From Eledone cirrhosa (taxonomy: Eukaryota), in assembly GCA_964016885.1 (NCBI GenBank), contig OZ024742.1, positions 310,000,001 to 310,064,000 on the forward strand: a stretch of 64,000 nt of DNA. The letters are read 5' to 3'. Positions within the stretch are counted from its first letter, which is position 1; the number at the start of each line of letters is the position of its first letter. Position numbers and translations under genes: made by a program. The notes beneath the pieces are model-generated. The model was given only the letters and a program-made list of their open reading frames with translations, was not told the origin of the DNA and made no database searches. Shown one piece after another: positions 1 through 13,093 of this stretch.

Positions 1-144
1 AACAAATACAACCACCCACCCCCCATCATCAACAATACTAGCATGATAATAAAAGTAACAACAATCACAATTTTAAAATTGCTTCCTTCGTGGTACCTCC
101 CTTAATTTCTATCTCTTGAGAATTCCAGGAAACGTAAAGATCTT

Positions 145-145
145 C

Positions 146-227
<82 letters not shown>

Positions 228-283
228 CTTCTTCTTCTTCTTCTTCTTCTTCTTCTTCTTCTTCTTCTTCTTCTTCTTCTTCT

Positions 284-330
<47 letters not shown>

Positions 331-336
331 TTCTTC
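145..336. repeat. Compound microsatellite (TGT)n-(TCT)n
   Basis: Direct reading; explains the poly-amino-acid ORFs at 102-435. Confidence 0.98.
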
Positions 337-457
337 ACACACATCTGTGTTTATCTCACAAAAAAAAACCTTTATATAACGCAAAAATAGAAACGAAAAA
401 ATGTAAAAATGCAAAATGAATAAACAATAATACAAAAAAAAGAATTAATTATAATAA

Positions 458-613
458 TTATTTCTACTTTTGGCACAAGGCCAGCAATCACCCAGTACAT
501 TACTGGTATTTTATTTTGTCGACCCCGTAAGGATGAAAGGCAAAGTTAACCTCGGCTGGATTTGAACTCAGAATGGAAAGAGCCGTAACTCTATGCGTCA
601 TAGATACTGCCAA
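458..613 (-). mobile_element. tRNA-derived SINE (octopus-type family, many copies in window)
   Basis: Reverse complement of the family consensus: B-box-like GAGTTCAAATCC followed by GCCGAGGTTAACTTTGCCTTTCATCCTTACGGGGTCGA..AAAATAAA..TACCAG. Confidence 0.85.
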
Positions 614-827
614 TGTGGCCACAAGGGACTAACACGTTAGGGACACTGCGGGGACCATATGTAGTTAGGGGGTTAGAAATAATCGGAAAAACACAAAAAA
701 AAACAACAACAAACAACCCCCATCCCTGCAGAATTAAAAAAACAAATCCCAAGTTAAGGGGAGAGACATTTTGTTCAGTTATGAGTAGTTTATATATACA
801 TGTATATATATATATATATATATATGT

Positions 828-911
<84 letters not shown>

Positions 912-924
912 ATATATATATATA

Positions 925-1002
925 CAGGGTGTCTCAAAAATGTATACATACTTTTAGCAGAATGCTGTTGGAGTGTGTATACATTTTGGGGGGGACACTC
1001 TG
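925..1002. mobile_element. Tc1/mariner-like MITE
   Basis: Terminal inverted repeats (TIRs) CAGGGTGTCTCAAAAATGTATACA / TGTATACATTTTGGGG..GACACTCTG in TA context; relatives at 10967-11050 and 29826-29925. Confidence 0.65.
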
Positions 1003-1041
1003 TGTATACATGAATATATATATAAATATATATATATATTT

Positions 1042-1084
<43 letters not shown>

Positions 1085-1366
1085 TATATGTACACAACAG
1101 GGTTTCATAAAAGTAAAGTTAATTTATCGCTCTATGTAGAAAGGGGTCCCACTTGAGAAAGGTTGCTAACAGTATAGACATCGGCTGCCAACAAATGACG
1201 GTTTCTACTGATGAACAGCTCACAGTCACAGCTGCCTGTCTCATGTTTGTTTCTATCTCTTTCGCTCTTCCTATCTACACATTATATACCCACACACGCA
1301 CATACATGCACATTACAGACATACACGCATGCACACAGACACACACACACACACACTCACACACAC

Positions 1367-1470
<104 letters not shown>

Positions 1471-2053
1471 TTGCACGTGTGTGTGTTTGTGTGTTAGTTA
1501 GGTGTGCAACAACAGTTGCAGGCGACGCACCGTTCGAAGCACTCAATGCTTTAACGAGGTCCGTCTAGTTTGGGTTGTATTTCAGAGTTAAGGCAGCTGT
1601 AGTGCGCAGACTGCAAATGGATTTAAAAGAATCGAAGTTGTCTTGCAGTATATCTACACACTTATTTGCATATTACTATTGTTTCACAATCGATCAGCTC
1701 AGGGAACAATCAAGATGAGGCGGCCCGACCCTTTTTCGACATGGGTCCCGGAATGTTCCTACTGACTTTGAATTGACTCCATTTTCCATTTCATTGTAAA
1801 TTTATATAACTATCAATATAGAATAGATGAAAGGCCAGTAATTTGAAGGAGAGGGGAAAGTAGATTAAATCAACCCCAGTGCATTACTGGTACTACCGTA
1901 GGGTGGTTTTTCTGCTAGCATGTGTAGTGTGTATATTGATATTATACACAAATATATATGCATGTAAATATGATACATCAAATAAAATCGTATTTGACAA
2001 TATACACAGAAATTGAACAAAGCCTATGTTACACTGTCTTCTGTAATCAGTAA

Positions 2054-4881
2054 TCTATATATATAAAACTGTGGTTGTCTGTCTGTCTATCGATTTTTGG
2101 CACACATCTCCTCTTAGAATCTCTCACGGAATTGCACCGAAATTGCTATACTTGTACATTGAGCCCTAGCGAAGACATCGGAAAAAAAAAATTTCAAATT
2201 GACCCACCCTATGTGACGAAATCGAATATAATGTATCGATTTTTGAGCGTAAGTTATCAGTTATTTCCCTTTGTTCTGTTTACATTGAGCGTCTTACGTA
2301 AAAAATTACGCTGGCTTTCTCAGCGTTTAAAATGACATCGCAAAATATTGACCTGCAAAATTCATCAGTTCGAACACTAAGCTTCCGTTTTGCTTCATTT
2401 CCATTTAAAAGCATTTTAAAACAATATTTTTACTTGAAAACAAGTCTATTTAAAGACTACATAAAACAAGCAAATATTTCGTCGTTAGGCGTGCAGACAG
2501 ACAGTCGTGCAGACAGACAGTCGTGCAGAGAGGTGATATACGCGTGCAGACAGACAGTCGTGCAGAGAGGTGATATAGGCGTGCAGACAGACAGTCGTGC
2601 AGAGAGGTGATATAGGCGTGCAGACAGACAGTCGTGCAGAGAGGTGATATAGGCGTGCAGACAGACAGTCGTGCAGAGAGGTGATATAGGCGTACAGACA
2701 GACATAACTGATAATTTGGTTACGCTAATGTTTTTCTCTGCGTTGCAGCGTTTACATTTTCGATCTTTGTTAATAAATAACCAGTGCAGTTTTTATCCCC
2801 AGCATCCTCTTTTGTTATAACATTCGAGTTATCGTTATGTTTTCTTAACTTCATAAGGCATATTGTTGGTTGAGGGAATATTAATCAAAAACACCACATG
2901 CAAGTCTGCACAGTAGACACTACAGTTTTTAAGCCAAAAAAGGAACTTAACATTGTAACTTTAACACAGCTACTGAGCGACCCCGAGCAACACCGGGCTT
3001 TACTGCTAGTAATCTATATATATAAAACTGTGGTTGTCTGTCTGTCTATCGATTTTTTGGCACACATCTCCTCTTAGAATCTCTCACGGAATTGCACCGA
3101 AATTGCTATACTTGTACATTGAGCCCTAGCGAAGACATCGGAAAAAAAAAATTTCAAATTGACCCACCCTATGTGACGAAATCGAATATAATGTATCGAT
3201 TTTTGAGCGTAAGTTATCAGTTATTTCCCTTTGTTCTGTTTACATTGAGCGTCTTACGTAAAAAATTACGCTGGCTTTCTCAGCGTTTAAAATGACATCG
3301 CAAAATATTGACCTGCAAAATTCATCAGTTCGAACACTAAGCTTCCGTTTTGCTTCATTTCTATTTAAAAGCATTTTAAAACAATATTTTTACTTGAAAA
3401 CAAGTCTATTTAAAGACTACGTAAAACAAGCAAATATTTCGTCGTTAGGCGTGCAGACAGACAGTCGTGCAGACAGACAGTCGTGCAGAGAGGTGATATA
3501 CGCGTGCAGACAGACAGTCGTGCAGAGAGGTGATATAGGCGTGCAGACAGACAGTCGTGCAGAGAGGTGATATAGGCGTGCAGACAGACAGTCGTGCAGA
3601 GAGGTGATATAGGCGTGCAGACAGACAGTCGTGCAGAGAGGTGATATAGGCGTACAGACAGACATAACTGATAATTTGGTTACGCTAATGTTTTTCTCTG
3701 CGTTGCAGCGTTTACATTTTCGATCTTTGTTAATAAATAACCAGTGCAGTTTTTATCCCCAGCATCCTCTTTTGTTATAACATTCGAGTTATCGTTATGT
3801 TTTCTTAACTTCATAAGGCATATTGTTGGTTGAGGGAATATTAATCAAAAACACCACATGCAAGTCTGCACAGTAGACACTACAGTTTTTAAGCCAAAAA
3901 AGGAACTTAACATTGTAACTTTAACACAGCTACTGAGCGACCCCGAGCAACACCGGGCTTTACTGCTAGTAATCTATATATATAAAACTGTGGTTGTCTG
4001 TCTGTCTATCGATTTTTTGGCACACATCTCCTCTTAGAATCTCTCACGGAATTGCACCGAAATTGCTATACTTGTACATTGAGCCCTAGCGAAGACATCG
4101 GAAAAAAAAAATTTCAAATTGACCCACCCTATGTGACGAAATCGAATATAATGTATCGATTTTTGAGCGTAAGTTATCAGTTATTTCCCTTTGTTCTGTT
4201 TACATTGAGCGTCTTACGTAAAAAATTACGCTGGCTTTCTCAGCGTTTAAAATGACATTAACACAATACACGAACAGTTCGAACACTAAGCTTCCGTTTT
4301 GCTTCATTTCCATTTAAAAGCATTTTAAAACAATATTTTTACTTGAAAACAAGTCTATTTAAAGACTACGTAAAACAAGCAAATATTTCGTCGTTAGGCG
4401 TGCAGACAGACAGTCGTGCAGACAGACAGTCGTGCAGAGAGGTGATATACGCGTGCAGACAGATAGTCGTGCAGAGAGGTGATATAGGCGTGCAGACAGA
4501 CAGTCGTGCAGAGAGGTGATATAGGCGTGCAGACAGACAGTCGTGCAGAGATGTGATATAGGCGTGCAGACAGACATAACTGATAATTTGGTTACGCTAA
4601 TGTTTTTCTCTGCGTTGCAGTGTTTACATTTTCGATCTTTGTTAATAAATAACCAGTGCAGTTTTTATCCCCAGCATCCTCTTTTGTTATAACATTCGGG
4701 TTATCGTTATGTTTTCTTAACTTCATAAGGCATATTGTTGGTTGAGGGAATATTAATCAAAAACACCACATGCAAGTCTGCACAGTAGACACTACAGTTT
4801 TTAAGCCAATAAAGAAACTTAACATTGTAACTTTAACACAGCTACTGAGCGACCCCGAGCAACGCCGGGCTTTACTGCTAG
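2054..4881 (+). mobile_element. Tandem array of three non-autonomous Helitrons (2054-3009, 3013-3969, 3973-4881)
   Basis: Each ~960-bp unit starts A|TCTATATATATAAAA and ends with a CCCG..CGGG hairpin then CTAG|T; no TIR or target-site duplication (TSD). Confidence 0.85.
2488..2705. repeat. 37-bp minisatellite inside the Helitron unit (also ~3448-3665 and ~4397-4577)
   Basis: Unit GGCGTGCAGACAGACAGTCGTGCAGAGAGGTGATATA. Confidence 0.9.
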
Positions 4882-5213
4882 TCCATGATATATTAAAAAA
4901 AAGACGACATTATATATAAAATGCATTAGGAGAAAATTAGCGACGGAAATATAAGCGATTATAAGTGTTATAATATAACGGCCGCTAACCGGAAGTGTTG
5001 ACATTTGATAATTTTAAAGAAGTGAATTTTAAAGATTAAGCTATAACATATATTTAATCAACACGTTTGTTTTCCCCAGCAAAGTTTATGCTTAGCTCAA
5101 TTATTCAATGTAACATTTATCATAACAGTAGAGGATTTGGAATATAATTAGCTGCTACTTCTAACAGATCAAAGGACCACTTAGAGGTTCTCTTATTGCG
5201 TCATTTTCATCGT

Positions 5214-5690
5214 TGCGGTATAAGTTCAAATCCCGCCGAGGTTAGCTTTGCCTTTCATCCTTACGGGGTCGATAAAATAAAGTACCAGTAATGGACTGGG
5301 TTGATTTAATCTACTTTCCCCTCCCCTTCAAATTACTGGCCTTGTGCCTAAAGTTGAAATCATTATTGTTGTTGCGGTGTGGTTGCAATTATTGTTCTTG
5401 CTGTTGTCTTTATTCTTACTTGGTCCTAGGGTATTCCACATCCATTAGACCAAGGATCAACAACATTTCGGCTGTGACCATCCCATCTCTTTTTCAGACA
5501 TATTGAGTTTCCAACTACATTATCTAAGTTGTCCTAATTTATGAGATAAATGTTTCTACTTTTGGCACAAGGCTAGCAATTACCTTAGTGCATTATTTTA
5601 TCGATCTCGGCGGCATTTGAATTCAGAACGTAAAGGCCATAACTCTATGCTGCAAAGCATGGTGTCCGTCCTTCTACGGAGACTGCCAAA
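5214..5690. mobile_element. Two SINE copies (5214-5365 +, 5551-5690 -)
   Basis: Match to the SINE core seen at 6041-6232. Confidence 0.75.
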
Positions 5691-6040
5691 ATTTACTGCT
5701 ATTTTTAGAATGCTTAGTAACATGTCATCAACAATGTAGGGGCTACTTTATTGGCTTGTGTTCCGTTTGTTGTTGCTGCTATTACTGTTATTTCGGTAAC
5801 CGTTGTTGTAGTCTTTAAATGTCTATTTATATAGTTTGCTATTGTTGTTGTTGTTTATGTTTCTGTTGTATTCTGCAATGTTTATTTAGTTAAACAATTT
5901 GTCAAAAATTAAAATTTATTATTTTCTTTTGTGTCTGACTATTTATTGCTTCATGGCATATTCTAAGGAACACTTACACTTTTTAAACTGTAGCAGTAAA
6001 AGTAATAAGATTAATGATGATAGACGAATATATATATAAT

Positions 6041-6455
6041 TTCGGTGGATTGGCAGTATCGGTAGAGGGTCGGACGCCATGCTTTCCAGCATAGTTACAT
6101 CCCTTTACGATCTGAGTTCAAATCCCGCCGAGGTTGACTTTGCCTTTCATCCTTACGGGGTCGATAAAATAAAGTACCAGTAATGCACTGGGTAATTGCT
6201 GGCCTTGTGCCTAAAGTAGAAACAATTATTACTATATATAGGTCGGTGGATTGGCAATAGGGCGGTGGATTGGCAGTATCGGTAGAGGGTCGGACGCCAT
6301 GCTTTGACGCATTGAGTTACGGCCCTTGCCATTCTGAGTTCAAATCCTGCCGAGGTTAACTTTGCCTTTTATTCTTACGGGGTCGATAAAATAAAGTACC
6401 AGTAATACACTGGGTAATTGCTGGTCTTGTGCCAAAAGTAGAAACAATTATTACT
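6041..6455 (+). mobile_element. Two tandem full-length tRNA-derived SINEs (6041-6232, 6260-6455)
   Basis: A-box-like TGGCAGTATCGG, B-box GAGTTCAAATCC, conserved central domain GCCTTTCATCCTTACGGGGTCGATAAAATAAAGTACCAG, (ATT)n tail. Confidence 0.9.
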
Positions 6456-6631
6456 ATATATATATATATATGAAAGACGTAAAATAAGAGAATTATGAAA
6501 ATCAACTTACTTACTAAAATTTCACTCCAACTAATTAGTTTCTGTAAGGGAATAAATATGGTTACGGAACTGAATTATTTTTATATGAGTTCCCTGTGTC
6601 CACGCATTGCCTGGGAACTTAGCTGAGAATA

Positions 6632-6713
6632 GACTCTCTGATGACGTAAGGATTCTCTATGATTACGTTCCATAATCATATTTATTCCCTTACAGAAACT
6701 AATTAGTTGGAGT
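6632..6713 (+). ncRNA. Type I hammerhead ribozyme, unit 1
   Basis: ACTCT-CTGATGA-(cGTAAGG..CCTTACa)-GAAA-CTAATTAG-TT-GGAGT. Confidence 0.7.
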
Positions 6714-7160
6714 GAAATTTTAGTAAGTAAGTTGATTTTCATAATTCTCTTATTTTACGTCTTTCATATAATTGTTCTGCATGCCCTTGCATTGAACTAC
6801 AAAGTTACTAAGACAAAACCTATATATTTGCTAGCATAGGTATGCATCTGTATACATATGTTGGTAGATATACTAATTCTTTATAATTATCTCCAAATTA
6901 TTTGTTGAGCAAAAATTTGCCGATATTACTGCTATGGTTCATGGTAGTGGTCAGGCTCCTGTTTTATTAGCATCCCACTCCTCACTGATTAACCTCAGTG
7001 TCACGTGATTGATTCTTTTGAATTTGCCACTGACCAAGTAGGCAGTGAATTTTTTCAATATCCTGGAATTTAGTCCCCGCTCGCTTTTTTCCATCTACTG
7101 AATTATTTTTATATGAGTTCCCTGTGTCCACGCATTGCCTGGGAACTTAGCTGAGAATAG

Positions 7161-7241
7161 ACTCCCTGATGACGTAAGGATTCTTTATGATTACGTTCCG
7201 TAACCATATTTATTCCCTTACAGAAACTAATTAGTTGGAGT
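7161..7241 (+). ncRNA. Type I hammerhead ribozyme, unit 2
   Basis: ACTCC-CTGATGA-long stem II-GAAA-palindromic CTAATTAG-TT-GGAGT. Confidence 0.75.
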
Positions 7242-7688
7242 GAAATTTTAGTAAGTAAGTTGATTTTCATAATTCTCTTATTTTACGTCTTTCATATAAT
7301 TGTTCTGCATGCCCTTGCATTGAACTACAAAGTTACTAAGACAAAACCTATATATTTGCTAGCATAGGTATGCATCTGTATACATATGTTGGTAGATATA
7401 CTAATTCTTTATAATTATCTCCAAATTATTTGTTGAGCAAAAATTTGCCGAAATTACTGCTATGGTTCATGGTAGTGGTCAGGCTACTGTCTTATTAGCA
7501 TCCCACTCCTCACTGATTAACCTCAGTGTCACGTGATTGATTCTTTTGAATTTGCCACTGACCAAGTAGGCAGTGAATTTTTTCAATATCCTGGAATTTA
7601 GTCCCCGCTCGCTTTTTTCCATCCACTGAATTATTTTTATATGAGTTCCCTGTGTCCACGCATTGCCTGGGAACTTAGCTGAGAATAG

Positions 7689-7768
7689 ACTCCCTGATGA
7701 CGTAAGGATTCTCTATATTACGTTCCGTAACCATATTTATTCCCTTACAGAAACTAATTAGTTGGAGT
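7689..7768 (+). ncRNA. Type I hammerhead ribozyme, unit 3
   Basis: Same motif; CTGATGA at 7694, GAAA at 7750. Confidence 0.75.
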
Positions 7769-7937
7769 GAAATTTTAGTAAGTAAGTTGATTTTTATAAT
7801 TCTCTTATTTTACGTCTTTCATATAATTGTTCTGCATCCCCTTGCATTGAACTACAAAGTTACTAAGACAAAACCTATATATTTGCTAGCATAGGTATGC
7901 ATCTGTATACATATGTTAGTAGATATACTAATTCTAC

Positions 7938-7988
<51 letters not shown>

Positions 7989-8322
7989 TAAACGGAATAG
8001 AAAATGCTGACAAATTGTTCACAGTTGAAAAATGGTTTAATTAGGAATAAAAGAGTATTAGTGATTGTATAGGTTAGTATTCAGTTTTGGTTTTAAGTTT
8101 TTAAGTTTTTACCGGTTGCGCATTTCTAAATGCTTTTCAAAAATAATTTTGAGATAGAGTGTCCGTGCTGTTTGCTCTGATCTGATTAGTTTTGGGAATT
8201 CTACCTGTTTTTATGTTAAAAAAGTGGCTCCAGCGTTACATTGGTGTTGCAAAAATTCTTGTGGTCAAAACAATTTTGATTGGTCGGTAGAGGTCATGTG
8301 AATAAAAAATTAGTTTTGCGCC

Positions 8323-9639
8323 ATGAACCACAATGAACTCCCACAACGCATCAAAAAAGAATTCGTGATAGAGGGACTCAAATTTATCTTGGAGAACAAT
8401 TACTTCGTTTTCAATAACAAACCCTACAGGCAGAAATCTGGGACCGCTATGGGAACGAAAACAGCCCCCACTTATGCCAACCTAGTCATGGGATACCTGG
8501 AAATCACCCTCTACACTAAAGTCCTAAACAAATTTGGAAACACCCTCCACTTACACATTGAAAGGAACTGGAAGCGATATCTAGATGACTGCTTCATCCT
8601 TTGGCACGAAAACATCGAAAAACTTAAAGAATTTCACACCCTTATAAATGGGCTCAACACAAATATTAACTTCACGATGGAATACAGCCATCAACAACTC
8701 CCCTTCCTCGACATCCTCATTAAGATCCATAACAAAAAAATAGAAACAGACATATACTACAAGCCCACAGACTCCAAGCAATATCTCCCCTTCAACTCTT
8801 GCCACCCTAGACACGTTAAAATTAATATTCCCTACAACTTAGCCAAGAGAATCTGTACTATAGTCTCCAATAAAAACATCTGCTACTTACGGCTACAAGA
8901 ACTAAAGGACACACTCATAGGCAGGGACTACCCTGCATCACTAATTGACAATGGAATCCAACGTGCCCTAAAACTCAGTACCCAGGACCTTAGACATCCT
9001 AAAGTAAATCAACCAAAACTAAAAGCTCTTCCATACATCTCCACACACAACCCCCTCAACAATGAGGCCTTTGACACCATTCTCCAGAACATCCCTGTAT
9101 TGAAAAAGGACCATAGAATGAACCAAATTCTACGAACACACGATATCATAAAGAGCAAAAGACAATCCAAGTCAATGAAAAACATCTTAACACATGCCAA
9201 AGTACTGCCAACCACAACAACGAAACCCACAGTAAAAAAATGCGATAGACCCAACTGTGGCATTTGCATCAACCTAATAGAGGGTTCGGAATTCTATTTC
9301 AAAGATGGACAACGTTTTATAGTAAAACACAATTTCACATGTGCATCGGAAAATCTAATATATGTATTAACTTGTTCAGGTTGTCGAGAACAATACATAG
9401 GCCAGACCAAAAACAGCCTCCGCCAACGCATGACTGTCCATAGATCCCAAATCAAAATACGGGAATACAGGAAAATACCACTGAGTGAACACATTGATAC
9501 CTGTGCCGCCCAAAATCATCCCAACTTCAGAATCTTTCCCCTCTACAAATTTAAAGATAATGTCACCCACACCCAGCGCATCAGCAAGGAATCTTACTTC
9601 ATTAACAAATACGGACCCCGTCTAAACACTTCTCCCTAA
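8323..9639 (+). CDS. PLE reverse transcriptase C-terminal half, Cys linker and GIY-YIG endonuclease (5'-truncated; the ATG is formed at the inversion junction)
   Basis: RQKSGTAMGT, RYLDD, YYKPTD..YL.FNSCHP, CDRPNCGIC, NLIYVLTCSGCREQYIGQT. Confidence 0.92.
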   Translation: MNHNELPQRIKKEFVIEGLKFILENNYFVFNNKPYRQKSGTAMGTKTAPTYANLVMGYLEITLYTKVLNKFGNTLHLHIERNWKRYLDDCFILWHENIEKLKEFHTLINGLNTNINFTMEYSHQQLPFLDILIKIHNKKIETDIYYKPTDSKQYLPFNSCHPRHVKINIPYNLAKRICTIVSNKNICYLRLQELKDTLIGRDYPASLIDNGIQRALKLSTQDLRHPKVNQPKLKALPYISTHNPLNNEAFDTILQNIPVLKKDHRMNQILRTHDIIKSKRQSKSMKNILTHAKVLPTTTTKPTVKKCDRPNCGICINLIEGSEFYFKDGQRFIVKHNFTCASENLIYVLTCSGCREQYIGQTKNSLRQRMTVHRSQIKIREYRKIPLSEHIDTCAAQNHPNFRIFPLYKFKDNVTHTQRISKESYFINKYGPRLNTSP

Positions 9640-10033
9640 GACGAACCCACAACATACACACGTCAACATACATACCTACATCAGCACACTACCCACATAT
9701 AAACACAATGACATACGTAAACACACATGCTCTATGGTGCAACACAAAAAATATATGTGCATATATGTATGTATATATATATATGTATATATGTATATAT
9801 ATATATATATATATAGTGAATATATGTATGTGTATATATGTATAGTGAATATCATTTCACACCTTTTATTGTTAAGATTTTTGATGTTCTATTAAGAGAA
9901 CCGATTTTACTGAAAAAATCGAATAATGTACACCATTTTACCAGGGGAAAAAAATACTGGTCCCCCCCCCCCCACACACATATATACACACACACATACA
10001 CACGCGTACATCAACATACAAAGAGACTTAGAT

Positions 10034-10065
<32 letters not shown>

Positions 10066-10174
10066 TTTTCCGTATAAGACAAAAGCTGAAAAATATCTTT
10101 TGACATGCTAAAATACCCCCCATTGCTTTCAGACACATTCTTACTGACCATCCCTGCCACCACGAATTACTCTG

Positions 10175-10260
<86 letters not shown>

Positions 10261-10335
10261 ATCTTAATAGCCATTTGACACACATCGCTGCTAACCATTA
10301 TCACAACATCGAACACCTTACTACTACTACTACTA

Positions 10336-10403
<68 letters not shown>

Positions 10404-10714
10404 TTGTTGTGAAAGAGTCATTTCTCAATCTTGGCGCAAAACCAATTTTTTATTCACATGACCTCTACCGACCAATCAAAATTGTTTTGACCACAAGAAT
10501 TTTTGCTGGAGCCACTTTTTTAACATAAAAACAGTCTTGGCGCAAAATCAATTTTTTACATTCACATGACCTCTTCCGACCAATCAAAATTGTTTTGACC
10601 ACAAGAATTTTTGCAACACCAAAGTAACGCTAGAGCCACTTTTTTAACATAAAAACAGGTAGAATTCCCAAAACTAATCAGATCAGAGCAAACAGCACGG
10701 ACACTCTATCTCAA

Positions 10715-10759
10715 AGTTATTTTTGAAAAGCATTTAGAAATGCGCAACCGGTAAAAACT
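10715..10759 (+). ncRNA. Variant minimal hammerhead-like motif in the Neptune pLTR (copies at 8104-8146 - and 25697-25735 +)
   Basis: TTGAAAA-GCATT(taga)AATGC-GCAA-CCGG-TA; U3:A8 swap, A13C, weak stem I. Confidence 0.5.
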
Positions 10760-10913
10760 TAAAAACTTAAAACCACAACTGAATACTAACCTATACAATC
10801 ACTAATACTCTTTTATTCCTAATTAAACCATTTTTCAACTGTGAACAATTTGTCAGCATTTTCTATTCCGTTTACCAATATATAATAACTTGTGTGTTAC
10901 ACCTCTATTCTTT

Positions 10914-10969
<56 letters not shown>

Positions 10970-11044
10970 AAGTGTTCCCAAAAGATGTATACACACTTTG
11001 ATTATCTGTACAGGCAATATTTATTAGAATGCTGTTGAAGTGAG

Positions 11045-11094
<50 letters not shown>

Positions 11095-11439
11095 CATATA
11101 CATATATAGTTATATTTGGGGAGGGTCATATTGTTATAATATTGCCAGAAATAATAATAAAACACACTCGCTAATTCGTCGAAACTGCAGGAGGTTGAAA
11201 TCTGAAGAGCATAATTTAATTTTTCTGACCTGTTCTCATTCATCTATTCTATTTCCTCCTTCCTATCTTCTCCTCTTTCATTCGAGTCAACTCACATCGA
11301 GCCGCTGATCTCTGTCCTTCGAGGTAATATTTTACCCAACGCCGCTTTGACGGTATTTTGCTGTTTTAACAGCTTCCATACGCCGAGTTTTTCCATTTTC
11401 ATAAGAATATATATATGTATAAATGAAATGAACGCTCGC

Positions 11440-11790
11440 TTGAATAGGCAATCTCTTGTCAATGGGGAGTTTATTGACTCAGTTCCTAATTGGCCCACAA
11501 ATGACAAATGATATACTAGTAGAAAATTCTACCTTGGTGGAAATTGAAGTGGCAGTAAAACAACTTAATAATGGAAAGTCGCTATGGATTGAACTTTTGT
11601 ATGTAAATGATTATGATCTTGTTATTTACTCTAAATGTGACAAACAGCACTTGATAGATTTGTTTTCGGAGGAATGTAACCTAGCATTTATATGTATGGC
11701 AAAACATTGAAGGTTGTGGATACATTTGTGTATTTAGGCAGCACTGTTAACATGACAAAAACCCTTCACGACGAAATCCCTTTACGACTA
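11440..11790 (+). pseudogene. Degraded RTE-like LINE fragments
   Basis: EIEVAVKQLNNGKS; ELLYVND; LKVVDTFVYLGSTVN. Confidence 0.55.
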
Positions 11791-12216
11791 AAGAAAGCAG
11801 ATAGAAAAAATACAAGGAAATTACCCACAGAGGGATATACCTCACTCAACATCCGCAAGAAATAGTAGCCAGGTAAACTTAAAACCACACACCTCCGTCT
11901 AAAGAATATGTTTGACAATGTAATTCTATCTCTACAATTAACTGGAAGAGTCATGACAAACATGTAATCACTGGTCTGATAGAGCAGGACTGACTTGAGC
12001 CTAAGCAACATTATATACATAATTATATATATATATATGTAACTTTATATATATAACTTTATATCATTATACATGCGCACGCGCGCGCGCACACACACAC
12101 ATACACACACATATACATAAATATATATATATATATGTTTATACACATATAAACATATATCTATATGTATATTGATATATATGTAAACTTATATTTACGT
12201 ATATACACAGATTATG

Positions 12217-12286
<70 letters not shown>

Positions 12287-12295
12287 CAAACATAA

Positions 12296-13093
12296 TTCTA
12301 TCGTTCCTTTGGTATATATTGTGTGTTAGATTCGCCTACCACAATGTTCGATTTGTCAAACGTATGTTATTACTCTAAGGCCCTATCTTATCGAGTGCTT
12401 TGCTAACTCATCATTTCATATAAGTAGGCCGAATTTACTTGCAAACCGCCAGAGATTCGATTTTACTGATTTCCAATTATATTATTCTCCTAGATTTAAT
12501 AATTAACTAATTAATTTAATTAGACAATTCTGTTGATTGGTTAATTATTTGTGTTTGTTTTATAACATCTAGTTGAGAACTTATCATGATGATTAGCGGA
12601 AATTAAAATATTTCCTTTCGCTAACATTTTGAATGACCCGCCTAAAACCGGGGGTTATTTCCCTTGCCGGAATTAACACGTGATTGCTATAGATACGATA
12701 AGCCGCATGTAGCAGCAACATACAATTTATCACTCCGGTTCTAGGCAGAACGAAATACCTGTTGATAAACTGAATCCTCCGTTCGATCACCAATACCACG
12801 AGCTTGCCATTCACGTAAGTCTGATATTTGATTTCGGATTCAAAGAAACACTTTAAACGATTGATCGTTTGATTTGTCCAGGTGTACTTTTCTCAACCTG
12901 ATTAGTTCTATCGTTACTTTGGTATATATTGTGTGTTAGATTCGCCTACCACAATGTTCGATTTGTCAAGCTATTTAAACGTATGTTATTACTCTAAGGC
13001 CCTATCTTATCGAGTGCTCTGCTAACTCATCATTTCATATAAGTAGGCCGAATTTACTTGCAAACCGCCAGAGATTCGATTTTACTGATTTCC

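Larger units (their letters stand above)
6467..7935 (+). mobile_element. Retrozyme-like non-autonomous element: 2.6 tandem 528-bp units with an inverted 5' arm
   Basis: Units start at 6569, 7097 and 7625; 6467-6570 is the reverse complement of part of the unit; flanked by (TA)n; one HHR per unit. Confidence 0.8.
7981..10918 (+). mobile_element. 5'-truncated Penelope-like element (Neptune-type) with inverted pseudo-LTR (pLTR) and ~37-nt 3' extension
   Basis: 7981-8322 is the reverse complement of ~10540-10880; extension 10881-10918; flanked by (TA)n; RT+GIY-YIG ORF. Confidence 0.9.

Noticed and set aside
2488-2705. CRISPR-like regular repeats (also 31760-32250)
   Set aside because: Head-to-tail minisatellites with no unique spacers and no cas genes; eukaryotic context
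11938-11972. CTGGAAGA-GTCATGAC-AAA-CATG-TA hammerhead-like string
   Set aside because: Extra core nucleotide, G12 missing, no stem I
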